Source: Acaryochloris marina MBIC11017 (lineage in GTDB: Bacteria > Cyanobacteriota > Cyanobacteriia > Thermosynechococcales > Thermosynechococcaceae). From it: a stretch of DNA of 32,000 nt. The position numbers and the translations under genes are program-made. The first letter of the stretch is position 1; every line of letters starts with the position of its first letter. This document shows, in pieces, positions 9,817 through 18,890 of this stretch. The DNA lies in the NCBI RefSeq assembly GCF_000018105.1, contig NC_009926.1, positions 300,001 to 332,000 of the forward strand, given 5' to 3'. Below the pieces are notes generated by a model, which did no database searches, was not told where the DNA came from, and saw nothing but the letters and a program-made list of their open reading frames with translations.

Positions 9817-10452
9817 ATGACTCTTCAACTAGGTGATACAGTCCCAAATTTTACTCAAAAAACAACCGAGGGTGACCTTAACTTTTATGACTGGGCAGGC
9901 GATTCCTGGGTTGTCCTGTTTTCTCACCCTGCAGATTACACGCCCGTATGTACCACTGAACTCGGCAGCGTTGCCAAACTCAAGTCTGAGTTTGCCAGTC
10001 GGAATGCCAAGGTGATTGCCCTGAGTGTCGATGATGTTAACTCCCATAAGGGCTGGATTAACGATATCAACGAGACCCAAAATACCGTTGTCAACTATCC
10101 CATCATTGCCGATGCGGATCAAACCGTGGCCAATCTCTACGGCATGATTCATCCCAATGCCAATGCCAAGGTGACAGTGCGAACGGTTTTTGTGATCGAC
10201 CCCGACAAAAAGTTGCGTCTGACCCTTACCTATCCACCGAGTACGGGGCGAAACTTTAATGAAATTTTGCGGGTTCTTGACTCTTTACAGCTAACCGATA
10301 ACTACAGTGTGGCCACGCCTGTGGACTGGACAGATGGGGATGATGTTGTGGTTGCACCCAGCATTTCAACAGCAGATGCTAAGCAGAAATTCCCCAAGGG
10401 TGTTAACGAAATTAAGCCCTATCTGCGGATGACGCCCCAACCCAATCGATAG
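9817..10452 (+). CDS. 1-Cys peroxiredoxin (Prx6 type)
   Basis: ATG at 9817 is preceded by GGAG. The protein begins MTLQLGDTVPNF, carries the active-site motif FSHPADYTPVCTTELG, and has a Prx6-like C-terminal domain. The ORF-track start at 9751 adds an unsupported N-terminal extension. Confidence 0.9.
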   Translation: MTLQLGDTVPNFTQKTTEGDLNFYDWAGDSWVVLFSHPADYTPVCTTELGSVAKLKSEFASRNAKVIALSVDDVNSHKGWINDINETQNTVVNYPIIADADQTVANLYGMIHPNANAKVTVRTVFVIDPDKKLRLTLTYPPSTGRNFNEILRVLDSLQLTDNYSVATPVDWTDGDDVVVAPSISTADAKQKFPKGVNEIKPYLRMTPQPNR

Positions 10453-10462
10453 CGCAAATCGG

Positions 10463-11737
10463 GTGTGTTCCCCATTAGTCAACACACCGATGGAGATTCA
10501 TCTTATGAGAACCCAATCTTGTAGTTCTCCCAATACCGATACAGAGTCTATACCGTCTGCTCCCATGTTGAGCGCAACGGTCAAAGATTATCGAGCGATC
10601 GCAAATCAAGTATCCGCCCAACTAGCTGCCCATGGAGTTGAGCAGGATACTAAAGCTGGCAGTCCGGTTGAGGAAGTGAACGCTTTAAAGCAATCTGGGC
10701 TGATACTCCTTCCTGTCCCTCAGGAATTCGGGGGTGCGGGAGCCACCTGGCCTCAGATTTATAACGTCGTACAGATATTATCCAAAGCTCAGGGGTCAGT
10801 GGGTCAACTCTATGCTAACCACGCAACGTTAGTCTCTATGGGCAGGCTGGTGGGTGGGCCGGGTCAGGCAGAGCGATATTACCGTCTGACCTCCCAGCAG
10901 AATCTTTTCTGGGCTAATGCCCTCAATAGCCGAGATCAACGTTTAAAACTGATGAGCGTCAATGGTGCGTTTCGTCTCAATGGCGTTAAGAGCTTCTGTA
11001 CGGGTATGGTCGCTGCTGATATCAGCATCGTTCTCTCCATGGAGGAGAAAAGTAACCATCCTGTCCTGTGTGTTGTCCCGATGGACCGAGAGGGCATTAC
11101 CTATAACGACGACTGGGACACGATGGGACAACGTCGCACAGCCAGTGGCAGCTATACGTTCCATGATGTTCTGGTGAAACCAGACGAGGTTTTGGGACCG
11201 CCTCTGTCTAGCGGTGCATCCACCACACTCAAGTCGCTGATTGCTTTATTGGGGCAGACCTTCGTTTATCTCGGCATTGCTGAGGGAGCGCTGGAGGCCG
11301 CCAAGGGGTACACAACCACCTCAGCCCTAGCCTGGATGGCATCCGATGCGGAAACAGCAACACAGAATCCGTTTATTCTGCAACGCTATGGTCAGATGTG
11401 GGCTGAGTTACAGGCTGCGATCGCCCTCGCCCATCAAGCGTCTGAAGCCCTACAAGCGGGCTGGGAAAAGGGAACAGCTCTAACGACAGAAGAACGAGGC
11501 GAGATTGCGATCGTAATGGCCTCTGCCCGAGCAATTGCCATCCAGGCAGGCATCAAAATCACCACCCACATCTTTGATGGGATGGGACCTAGAGCCACTG
11601 CTGCTAACTATGGCTTTGACCGCTACTGGCGCGACCTCCGCACCTTTAGCCTGCACGACCCGATTGATTATAAATTCAAAGACATCGGTAATTGGATGTT
11701 GAATCAGCAGTATCCCACCCCGAGTCAATATTCTTAA
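10463..11737 (+). CDS. Acyl-CoA dehydrogenase-fold flavoprotein (SfnB/DszC-like oxidoreductase group is possible)
   Basis: 424-aa ORF only 10 nt after the prx stop. The overall ACAD-like pattern is present (..GLILLPVPQEFGGAGATW.., ..MGQRRTASGSYTFHDVLV.., C-terminal ..YWRDLRTFSLHDP). The start is uncertain: ATGs at 10490, 10505 and 10565 are alternatives. Two HIP1 sites lie inside. Confidence 0.75.
   Translation: MCSPLVNTPMEIHLMRTQSCSSPNTDTESIPSAPMLSATVKDYRAIANQVSAQLAAHGVEQDTKAGSPVEEVNALKQSGLILLPVPQEFGGAGATWPQIYNVVQILSKAQGSVGQLYANHATLVSMGRLVGGPGQAERYYRLTSQQNLFWANALNSRDQRLKLMSVNGAFRLNGVKSFCTGMVAADISIVLSMEEKSNHPVLCVVPMDREGITYNDDWDTMGQRRTASGSYTFHDVLVKPDEVLGPPLSSGASTTLKSLIALLGQTFVYLGIAEGALEAAKGYTTTSALAWMASDAETATQNPFILQRYGQMWAELQAAIALAHQASEALQAGWEKGTALTTEERGEIAIVMASARAIAIQAGIKITTHIFDGMGPRATAANYGFDRYWRDLRTFSLHDPIDYKFKDIGNWMLNQQYPTPSQYS
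10595..10602. repeat. HIP1 palindrome GCGATCGC
   Basis: Exact octamer. Confidence 0.9.
11417..11424. repeat. HIP1 palindrome GCGATCGC
   Basis: Exact octamer. Confidence 0.9.
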
Positions 11738-11832
11738 CCTCAATGGTGAAACGGCAGCAGAACCCTCAATACGGCAGGCGAAACGCTCTGCAGACTGTTG
11801 GAGCAGGGTGAGATAAAAAAAGGAGCGAAACG

Positions 11833-12537
11833 ATGTTATTCAGGCAACTCTATGACCCGGAGTCGAGTACCTATACCTACTTGATTGCGGATTCCAAGAG
11901 TCGTATGGCTCTGCTAGTGGATCCAGTGCTGGAACAAGTGGAGCGCGATCTCAAACTACTACAGGAGCTGAAGCTAACACTCAGTTCCTGTGTTGAGACT
12001 CACATTCATGCCGACCATATCACGGGAACCTATCAGCTCCAGTCCCAGACGGGCTGCTTGAGTACTGTCCCTGCACATGGCCCTGCTGTCTGTGCCGATC
12101 GCCAGCTACAGGATGGGGAAATTCTAACCCTGGGTGATATTTCACTGAAGGCGATCGCTACCCCTGGCCACACTGACAGCCATAATGCCTATCTGGTCAA
12201 TGGCCATCGCGTCCTCACGGGTGATGCACTGTTGATTCGGGGGTGTGGTCGTACCGACTTCCAAAGTGGTGATGCAGGAACCTTATATGACTCCGTCACT
12301 CAAAAGTTGTTTACGTTGCCAGATGCAACTCTTGTCTATCCTGGGCATGATTATCACGGTCTAACCGTCTCCACGATTGCGGAAGAACGGCAGTGGAATC
12401 CTCGATTTATGGGACGAGACCGCAATACCTTCATCGAATTCATGAACGCGCTCGATCTCCCTGACCCTCAAAAGATGATGGAAGCAGTTCCGGCCAATGA
12501 GCACTGCGGTCTAGTCGTTTCAACAACTGCAAGGTAG
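11833..12537 (+). CDS. MBL-fold metallo-hydrolase, ETHE1/persulfide-dioxygenase-like
   Basis: 234 aa preceded by AAGGAG. The N-terminus FRQLYDPESSTYTYLIAD and the metal motif ETHIHADHITG, followed by ..TPGHTDSH.. and ..GDALLIRGCGRTDFQ.., are typical of ETHE1-type sulfur dioxygenases. Confidence 0.8.
   Translation: MLFRQLYDPESSTYTYLIADSKSRMALLVDPVLEQVERDLKLLQELKLTLSSCVETHIHADHITGTYQLQSQTGCLSTVPAHGPAVCADRQLQDGEILTLGDISLKAIATPGHTDSHNAYLVNGHRVLTGDALLIRGCGRTDFQSGDAGTLYDSVTQKLFTLPDATLVYPGHDYHGLTVSTIAEERQWNPRFMGRDRNTFIEFMNALDLPDPQKMMEAVPANEHCGLVVSTTAR
12151..12158. repeat. HIP1 palindrome GCGATCGC
   Basis: Exact octamer. Confidence 0.9.
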
Positions 12538-12546
12538 GTGAACACT

Positions 12547-13557
12547 ATGCGTATTGCCCATGATATTACTCAACTAGTTGGTCACACTCCATTGGTGCAA
12601 CTTAATCGGATTCCTGCTGCAGAAGGATGTGTTGGACGTATTCTTTTCAAGCTAGAAAGCATGAACCCCTCTGGCTCCGTCAAAGCTAGGATTGGGGTCA
12701 GTATGATTCAAGCTGCGGAAGAAGCAGGTCAGATTCACCCAGACAAGACGGTCTTGGTGGAGCCCACGGCAGGCAACACAGGTATTGCACTAGCAATGGT
12801 AGCAGCGGTGAAAGGCTATCGTCTCATCCTCACTATGCCGGAGACCATGAGTCAGGAGCGGCGCAAGCTTCTAAGAGCTTACGGGGCAGAACTTGTTTTG
12901 ACACCGAGTTCAGAAGGGATGAAAGGAGCCATCCAACAAGCCATGGACTTAGTAGAAACTGTGCCCCACGCATTTCTTCTGCAACAGTTTGAGAACCCTG
13001 CTAATCCTGAGATACATTTCCAAACAACGGCGGAGGAAATCTGGGCGGATACTGAAGGACAGGTGGATATCTTAGTGGCTGGTGCGGGAACTGGTGGCAC
13101 AATCACAGGTGTTGCTAAAGCCATCAAGCGCAGGAAGCCCTCGTTTCAGGCAATCGCTGTAGAACCTCAATCTAGCCCTGTTTTATCTGGGGGAAACCCT
13201 GGTTTGCATCAAATCCAGGGTATTGGACCCGGATTTGTACCGTCCGTTCTGCAAGTCAACCTATTGGATGAGGTAATTCGGGTCGCAGATGAAGATGCAA
13301 TCGCCACTAGTCGTCGTTTAGCTTGTGAAGAAGGATTGCTATCTGGCATCTCATCTGGCGCTGCGCTTTGGGCCGCTCTGCAAGTAGCTCGGCGAATTGA
13401 AAATGCAGAGAAGTTAATTGTTGTCATTCAACCCAGCGGTGGTGAAAGGTACCTAAGTACGGGGCTATTCAACAATTTGATGCCAGGACTCAGAACAGAT
13501 GTTCTCAACCAAGACAAACTACCCCATAAGATTCTGATTGGCAGATGTGCAAACTGA
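12547..13557 (+). CDS. cysK: Cysteine synthase A / O-acetylserine sulfhydrylase
   Basis: Near-colinear with E. coli CysK as I recall it: [21 protein letters not shown] (PLP lysine), [71 protein letters not shown] prefer the ATG at 12547; the ORF opens at a GTG at 12538. Confidence 0.9.
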   Translation: MRIAHDITQLVGHTPLVQLNRIPAAEGCVGRILFKLESMNPSGSVKARIGVSMIQAAEEAGQIHPDKTVLVEPTAGNTGIALAMVAAVKGYRLILTMPETMSQERRKLLRAYGAELVLTPSSEGMKGAIQQAMDLVETVPHAFLLQQFENPANPEIHFQTTAEEIWADTEGQVDILVAGAGTGGTITGVAKAIKRRKPSFQAIAVEPQSSPVLSGGNPGLHQIQGIGPGFVPSVLQVNLLDEVIRVADEDAIATSRRLACEEGLLSGISSGAALWAALQVARRIENAEKLIVVIQPSGGERYLSTGLFNNLMPGLRTDVLNQDKLPHKILIGRCAN

Positions 13558-13868
13558 AGAATAGAAGGAGAGCGATTAAAACCGGGGGAAACGTTGATAT
13601 AGCAGTACACTGAGGAAATGAATGCCCCCCCAGCTCTGGTTATATTCCAGCTGAAAGCTGTGATGGCTGAGGCCGATCAGAGACCATCGCTGGCATCAGA
13701 TTGATCATAGGTTGATAGCATCGGAGATCCACATGTTGAACGTCGGGGACTATGACGGGCAGCGTATCACCATCCGAGTCGCAAAGCAGACAGTGTGGTA
13801 CGGTGCTGAAGGTCTCCAAGAACTTCTGTTCATGGCTTCTGAAAGTGGTTATAAAGTAGGCTCACTAC

Positions 13869-15503
13869 CTAAGCTATATTGCTGATTGACTGAGAGTTCT
13901 GGAACCAACTTTCAGGGTTGTAGGTCGCAGACACATTCACTAATCGGTCAAGATTCTTACCAAAATATAGACTCAATGCCTGCTGTATCGGTGGTGTACC
14001 AGCCTTCGTACTTCCTATATAAATATCAGGATAGTTATAGTAGCAACCTTCAGTTCCAATACCATTTGGGATACCTCCTGAATCACTATAAATATTCTGA
14101 TATATTTGATTGAGCCAGCTCACATGCGCCGTTTTAAGTGTCTCATCGTCATACCCTGGGGGCAAACTAGTGACCCAATAGCTCTGGTATTGCAGTTTCA
14201 TAATTGAGCTTCGTTGAGTTATGGCTGTTGCATTTGAAGGGACTGTATTGATCTTTCCTCCATAGGCATCAAACTGGATCAGTGAATTTTTCATATTCAC
14301 TGATTTCCCATTCGGATCTATAACTTTTTGTGTCAGCCCACTATAGGCTGCTTTCATCATAGAATCTGTAAACTTTTGAGTATGATACGCAGACTTATAT
14401 TTACCGTATCTGTTAGGCCCAGAGGCATTCAACTGCTGCATACCTTCTAGGAAGGTATAGCCCCGAGATGAGGATTCCGGATTTAAACCTAGAGCTTTAG
14501 TACTTGGGATATATGGATGCCCATTTATCACTAAATCATCCATTGAAAGCGGTGATAATAACTCTGCTTCTTTTAGCCTGTTTTCGTGGCGGCTGAGAAG
14601 TTCAGTCTCGAAATTAGTATGTATACCATGTAGTGATTCATTGTATATATCAACAGATGAGAAGCCAAGGCTCCCAGCATCCATATGATTTCCATGAAAG
14701 ATCCCAAAAGTATTCCAAGAAGACTCACTTTGATTCGTATACACATCTTGAAAATAGTTCAAAATCGAACTGAATGTCTCAAAAGATATGGGATTATTGC
14801 TATTCGATAGCATCCAATTCCAGTTTAAAGACTGAATGTAAATGTAGTCGGGAGAATCAGGTAGATTTTGGAGATCGAAGTAGTATCGAGTAATAATCCC
14901 AAACTGCCCTCCTCCCCCACCGCGAATGGCCCAAAATAGCTCAGGTTGGTTTGTTGCTGAGCATTGAGAGATCATTCTGGCCCCATTTTTTCGATCACCG
15001 ATGACTATATCAATAGCTATCAAGTAATCGATTGATAGTCCATAGAGCCGAGATAAGACTCCATATCCACCACCCGTAATATGTCCGCCAAGACCAACAG
15101 AGTAGCAAGCCCCTGCTGGTACAGTCTTTTGATAGACATTGTTGAGTAACCGATACATATCCCAGTTGCCCAAACCAACGTCTAAATAGATGCTGGGAAT
15201 ACTACCAACGGTGGCTTCACCATAGGATTTCAGACCAGTTAAATCGATAACGGCCTTCGTACTTGGATTGTAAACAAAACCTTCATAACAATGGCGACCA
15301 CAGGTAATCTGACACTGCCCTGGTTCAATAGTTTTGTCCCTAAGAACAGTATTAAAAGCATCTACAACGTCAATTCCCGCTGTTGGTCGATAGATCTGTA
15401 GTTGATCATTGCTAGCATACCAGCGCTTATTAAATCCTTGTCGGTCACTCACTGATGCCGGAATAATAGGAGCATCACCAGAATTACTCACATTTATCAT
15501 CAA
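13869..15503 (-). CDS. FAD-linked oxidase of the VAO/PCMH fold, berberine-bridge-enzyme-like
   Basis: 544 aa. Motifs present are ITCGRHCYEGF (equivalent of the RSGGH.YEG His motif), GACYSVGLGGHITGGGYG, WAIRGGGGGQFGIIT, and a C-terminal BBE-like YYNYPD. The codon composition looks AT-rich and N/S/Y-rich. Confidence 0.8.
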   Translation of the reverse strand: MMINVSNSGDAPIIPASVSDRQGFNKRWYASNDQLQIYRPTAGIDVVDAFNTVLRDKTIEPGQCQITCGRHCYEGFVYNPSTKAVIDLTGLKSYGEATVGSIPSIYLDVGLGNWDMYRLLNNVYQKTVPAGACYSVGLGGHITGGGYGVLSRLYGLSIDYLIAIDIVIGDRKNGARMISQCSATNQPELFWAIRGGGGGQFGIITRYYFDLQNLPDSPDYIYIQSLNWNWMLSNSNNPISFETFSSILNYFQDVYTNQSESSWNTFGIFHGNHMDAGSLGFSSVDIYNESLHGIHTNFETELLSRHENRLKEAELLSPLSMDDLVINGHPYIPSTKALGLNPESSSRGYTFLEGMQQLNASGPNRYGKYKSAYHTQKFTDSMMKAAYSGLTQKVIDPNGKSVNMKNSLIQFDAYGGKINTVPSNATAITQRSSIMKLQYQSYWVTSLPPGYDDETLKTAHVSWLNQIYQNIYSDSGGIPNGIGTEGCYYNYPDIYIGSTKAGTPPIQQALSLYFGKNLDRLVNVSATYNPESWFQNSQSISNIA

Positions 15504-15844
15504 TTCCCCCTTAAATAAATTGATTGAAATTTAACTCGTTTCGTATTTCGAAATTTAGAACGAGTAGATTCTTAGTTCTATTTAATAGGTATGCCACTTC
15601 AGAGAAATCATTCCTTGGAATTAAAGGAAACTTAGGGAATAGAGGTTTCAGGCTTGCCAATGTTGAAGTTAGAGCCTTGGATTGGGGGATTGAGCTAAAT
15701 GCTAAGCACCAGCTCTATGAGGTGAATAGAGAAGCACCAGAGAGCGAGGATGGGGTGACTGTTGATCAGTCTAAAGGCATTGAACTGAAGACTGTTATGT
15801 GGGGGCATGGACAATAAAGATAAGCGTTTTTAATATGGGAACGT

Positions 15845-16300
15845 TTATCGAGAATGGACAACACGGATCCCAAATTTGCGCCGAATTTCATTGAGGGGCA
15901 TTTCAAGGTATCGGTCATAGTTACTCCAAGGCCAACGCTTTCGCATTTGGACACAATGCCAAATCGTTATTGGCACCAAGACGATCGATTTTATTGTCGT
16001 TAAGACAATGTCAAAGAGGCCCAACTTTCGGTATATCTCTTTTGATTCCTTAGACCCATATCCTCGTAATACTTGCAGACCAATTGACGTTCCAAATATA
16101 GTGCTGATCTTAACAACTGCTTCATCGGACAGCGTCGTGTCACACCCAAAGACAACATGGACAACATCATGACAGCGAAAGAATCTCTTCTCAGCCGTTG
16201 AAACATTCCTTCTCTCAACTAACCCTGAATTACAGGAGTGATACTCTTCAAGCCCTTCGATCAGAGTCTGGGTAGAATTCTGTTGCTGATATCTATACAT
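15845..16300 (-). CDS. Hypothetical protein with a Coq4-like HDxxH-x(11)-E motif
   Basis: 151-aa ORF with an ATG preceded by GAGGAGA. The segment FRCHDVVHVVFGCDTTLSDE fits the HDxxH..E zinc-ligand signature of the Coq4 family. The assignment rests on this motif only. Confidence 0.5.
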   Translation of the reverse strand: MYRYQQQNSTQTLIEGLEEYHSCNSGLVERRNVSTAEKRFFRCHDVVHVVFGCDTTLSDEAVVKISTIFGTSIGLQVLRGYGSKESKEIYRKLGLFDIVLTTIKSIVLVPITIWHCVQMRKRWPWSNYDRYLEMPLNEIRRKFGIRVVHSR

Positions 16301-16447
16301 TTTGTCTCCTCATAGAAGAAGAGTTATGAAGAATAGTTGTTCATCTCATGTATAGTAATTTTTCAGTAACTACTGCTGTGATCGCTGGCAGATGGTGGGC
16401 GTAATGCTAATCTCAACACTGTGCTCTCACACCTCTCCAAGATAACC

Positions 16448-17032
16448 ATGAGTCAAGCCCTACCCTCCCTCATCGTCAATCGTTCCTTCATGGCAGAGTT
16501 CATTGAAGCGGAGAAACCCTGCTGTGCCTTGGGGATGGTGGAAGTTGAGGATCAACCATGTGGGTTTGTAACCCTGAGACCAGAGCCAATGATTCCCCCA
16601 GGCGCAACGGATCTGGGTTTCAATTTTGGACATACAATTTTCGGAACCAGCACCTATGAAGTGATCCACTTTGCCTTTGAATTCTATGGGTTCCAGACTT
16701 TTAACGTGCTCATCAATCCCAATAATCCAATTGCCCAAGTGGTCTTGAAACAGATGATCAAGTCTGGGGACTACTTTTTCTTTGCCATTGATGAAGAAAG
16801 TGGCAGTGCTACTGCTTTTCGGAGTGAGATTGGGGATGACACCTTGCTCAGCCTGCAAGAAAATTGGGAACGAATTCAGCATTCCAATACGACAGAGGAC
16901 CAATATCATCATGTGATGTTGAAGTTCGCGGCCAACCCTCATCCACCAGGAATTCTCCTCAAGTGGGTGTGCGGGGATAATATCGAGTATTTGGATTTGA
17001 CCAAGGATAGGATGAACTTGACGCCTGCATAG
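16448..17032 (+). CDS. Hypothetical protein
   Basis: The plus-strand translation (MSQALPSLIVNRSF..) has protein-like composition. The fully overlapping minus-strand ORF 16460-17068 is W/R/H-rich and looks like a shadow frame. Confidence 0.5.
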   Translation: MSQALPSLIVNRSFMAEFIEAEKPCCALGMVEVEDQPCGFVTLRPEPMIPPGATDLGFNFGHTIFGTSTYEVIHFAFEFYGFQTFNVLINPNNPIAQVVLKQMIKSGDYFFFAIDEESGSATAFRSEIGDDTLLSLQENWERIQHSNTTEDQYHHVMLKFAANPHPPGILLKWVCGDNIEYLDLTKDRMNLTPA

Positions 17033-17161
17033 TTGATTGTTCCGGTGATTATGCACTCCCTTCTTCATTCAAGACAATCGATGAGGGCAGACTAATTAAT
17101 ATGGTCACCATTGAGTTGTCCATTCAGCCTAATTGCTTTTTCGATTATCAGGAGTCTATTG

Positions 17162-17470
17162 GTGAGTGCAAGTCAGATTTCTCAAGCCCTTCTGAGAAGG
17201 TATGAGCCAACCTGTGGCGTGAGTATCGAAGCAGTAGAGCTGCTACTTCTTCTAGTCAAGCAGAAAGACAAGGTTGATTTTGAATTCATTTGGCAACAAC
17301 GGGGCCGACGCAATCCTAAAGAATTAGCTGCAATGCTTGATGAACTCATCACAGCAGGTTTGATCAGAGAGGTTCCAGGTAAGAGCGCAGAGATTGCAGA
17401 TGGGTGGAATAGAACAGAATCCCTACAACAACCTACTGGGCTGAGTGATGATGATTTTGGCGCCTCTTAA
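17162..17470 (+). CDS. Hypothetical protein (possible winged-helix-like)
   Basis: A GTG at 17162 lies 7 nt after AGGAG, in frame with ORF 17111-17470. The composition (..AVELLLLLVKQKDKVDFEFIWQQRGRRNPKELAAMLDELITAGLIREV..) is plausible. I recognise no family. Confidence 0.35.
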   Translation: MSASQISQALLRRYEPTCGVSIEAVELLLLLVKQKDKVDFEFIWQQRGRRNPKELAAMLDELITAGLIREVPGKSAEIADGWNRTESLQQPTGLSDDDFGAS

Positions 17471-17582
17471 ATAAGAAGGAATATCGTTCCAGGAGAATGA
17501 AGTCTCTGACTAATCTTTCCCTCTCATTAAACTTCGTTCTCTACTTCTACTCAATCAGGACAACATAAAGGAGTCATCATAA

Positions 17583-17798
17583 ATGCAGCATCAATTCATT
17601 CTTTTATGTGTTTTAGGTCCGGTGTTTATTGCACTGAGCGCTTGTAGCAATCCGGCCAATGAACTTTATCAGAAACCCGTTGATCAAGGGCAAAAAGCTA
17701 TCGATAAAGCTGGAAATGTACAGCTAGAAATTGACAAGGCGCAATCAACTCTTGAGCAGCAGGAAAAATCTCTAGCGGGAGAGCAAAACAGTCAGTAA
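17583..17798 (+). CDS. Small lipoprotein
   Basis: ATG is preceded by AAGGAG. The signal peptide carries a lipobox (FIALSAC) and is followed by a hydrophilic Q/K/E-rich mature part. Confidence 0.6.
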   Translation: MQHQFILLCVLGPVFIALSACSNPANELYQKPVDQGQKAIDKAGNVQLEIDKAQSTLEQQEKSLAGEQNSQ

Positions 17799-18099
17799 TC
17801 GTGATTTCAAAATCAAAGAAGCGTGCAGAAGCTCAAATTAAGTAGGATGGGAACCCTATTCGTCTTAGATTGGGATTGTCTCCTCAACAACTTGCCACTT
17901 CGACTGTATCCGCTAAGTCTGCTGCCTCACCGATTCCTCAATCTCAATCTTCCCTCGCCCGAATCGTCCATCGACCTCATCGATGATCGACATCAGGTGC
18001 TTGCGGTAATACCTCAGATCAGGAAAAAATGAACTCGCAGCCAGTAGGGGATAATATAATTGCAAGAATGATTCTAGTCATAGAGAGCATAGAAAAACT

Positions 18100-18612
18100 A
18101 TGGCGATTTCGATGTATAAAGCTTCGGTACCTCCTTTAATTCGTTGCCTCAATAACTTATCTGGGATTCTGGAGAAGGGAGCTGCCCATGCTGAGAATAA
18201 AGGAATCGATCCCAGTGTCCTTATCCATTCCCGGCTCTTTCCTGACATGTTGCCACTTGCCAAGCAAGTTCAGATTGCGTCTGATGTAGCGAGAAAAGGA
18301 GCAGCAAGACTTGCAGGTATAGAAGCACCTTCTATTGAAGACAATGAAGCATCATTTCCAGAACTAATCACCCGGTCAAGTACAACAGTAGATTACCTAA
18401 ATACTTTCACACCGGATCAAATTGATGGTACAGAGGATAAAATCATATCCCTCCCCATCAGAGGTGAAATCTACAAATTCCCTGGCTTACCCTACCTACT
18501 CACTTTTGTTAAACCCAATGTGTACTTCCATGTGACAACTGCTTACAACATCCTCAGGCACTCTGGGGTTGAATTAGGTAAGTTCGACTATCTAGGGAAA
18601 CCAGAGCATTAG
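18100..18612 (+). CDS. DUF1993 domain protein
   Basis: 170 aa. The N-terminus MYKASVPPLIRCLNNLSGILEKGAAHAE..IHSRLFPDMLPL and the C-terminal FHVTTAYNILRHSGVELGKFDYLG match my recollection of DUF1993. Confidence 0.75.
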   Translation: MAISMYKASVPPLIRCLNNLSGILEKGAAHAENKGIDPSVLIHSRLFPDMLPLAKQVQIASDVARKGAARLAGIEAPSIEDNEASFPELITRSSTTVDYLNTFTPDQIDGTEDKIISLPIRGEIYKFPGLPYLLTFVKPNVYFHVTTAYNILRHSGVELGKFDYLGKPEH

Positions 18613-18751
18613 AAAATGCCATCAAAACGACAGGTTTTAACCCACCAGACCGCAGCCGATGCAGATAATCGATTATCAGATCTGTCTCCACGACTTCTGA
18701 GAGGATGCTCTAAAGGTAAGTGCTTGAGAATTAGCTCTCTATAAACTTTAC

Positions 18752-18791
18752 TTATTCTGACAAAAGCTTTTCTAGCTCATCCAATAATTTC
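18752..18791 (-). pseudogene. parB: Displaced 3' end of parB (last 10 codons plus stop), separated from the gene by the IS insertion
   Basis: Removing 18792-20184 (the IS plus one TSD copy) joins frame ..SKIKKL to LDELEKLLSE-TAA, with the stop at 18752-18754. Confidence 0.7.
18784..18791. repeat. Target-site duplication, left copy (ATAATTTC)
   Basis: Identical 8-mer directly abutting both IS ends. 8 bp is the usual ISL3 duplication size. Confidence 0.85.
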
Positions 18792-18812
18792 GGCTCTCTG
18801 GGAATTAGCGTG
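18792..18812 (+). repeat. ISL3 left terminal inverted repeat
   Basis: GGCTCTCTGGGAATTAGCGTG. A GGCTCT.. start is typical of ISL3 ends. Confidence 0.85.
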
Positions 18813-18890
18813 TAGCAGTCCTACATTTAGTGTGTTTCCTTTTTCATCCCTATGGAATGATCTGAGGTAGTACTTCAGAGCAATGGCGTA

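Noticed and set aside
13619-13868. Short plus-strand ORFs (MNAPPALVIFQLKAVMAEADQRPSLASD and MLNVGDYDGQRITIRVAKQTVWYGAEGLQELL..) that superficially resemble a tyrosine-recombinase box-I region, at the boundary of the AT-rich block
   Set aside because: The Arg-to-Ser-Glu spacing does not fit the R-x-S-E pattern and the pieces are under 60 aa. That is insufficient to call an integrase remnant.
15524-15817. 97-aa plus-strand ORF (TTG start) between the FAD oxidase and the Coq4-like gene
   Set aside because: It has a non-ATG start without an RBS and a low-complexity N-terminus (FRISKFRTSRF). It more likely lies in a divergent promoter region.
16460-17068. 202-aa minus-strand ORF fully overlapping the plus-strand ORF 16448-17032
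   Set aside because: Its composition is W/H/R/Q-rich and low-complexity, typical of an antisense shadow frame. The plus-strand product looks far more protein-like.
17823-18032. 69-aa plus-strand ORF, and an opposite-strand fragment (..RYYRKHLMSIIDEVDGRFGRGKIEIEESVRQQT)
   Set aside because: Neither has a convincing start, RBS or recognisable family. The minus-strand piece is under 50 codons.
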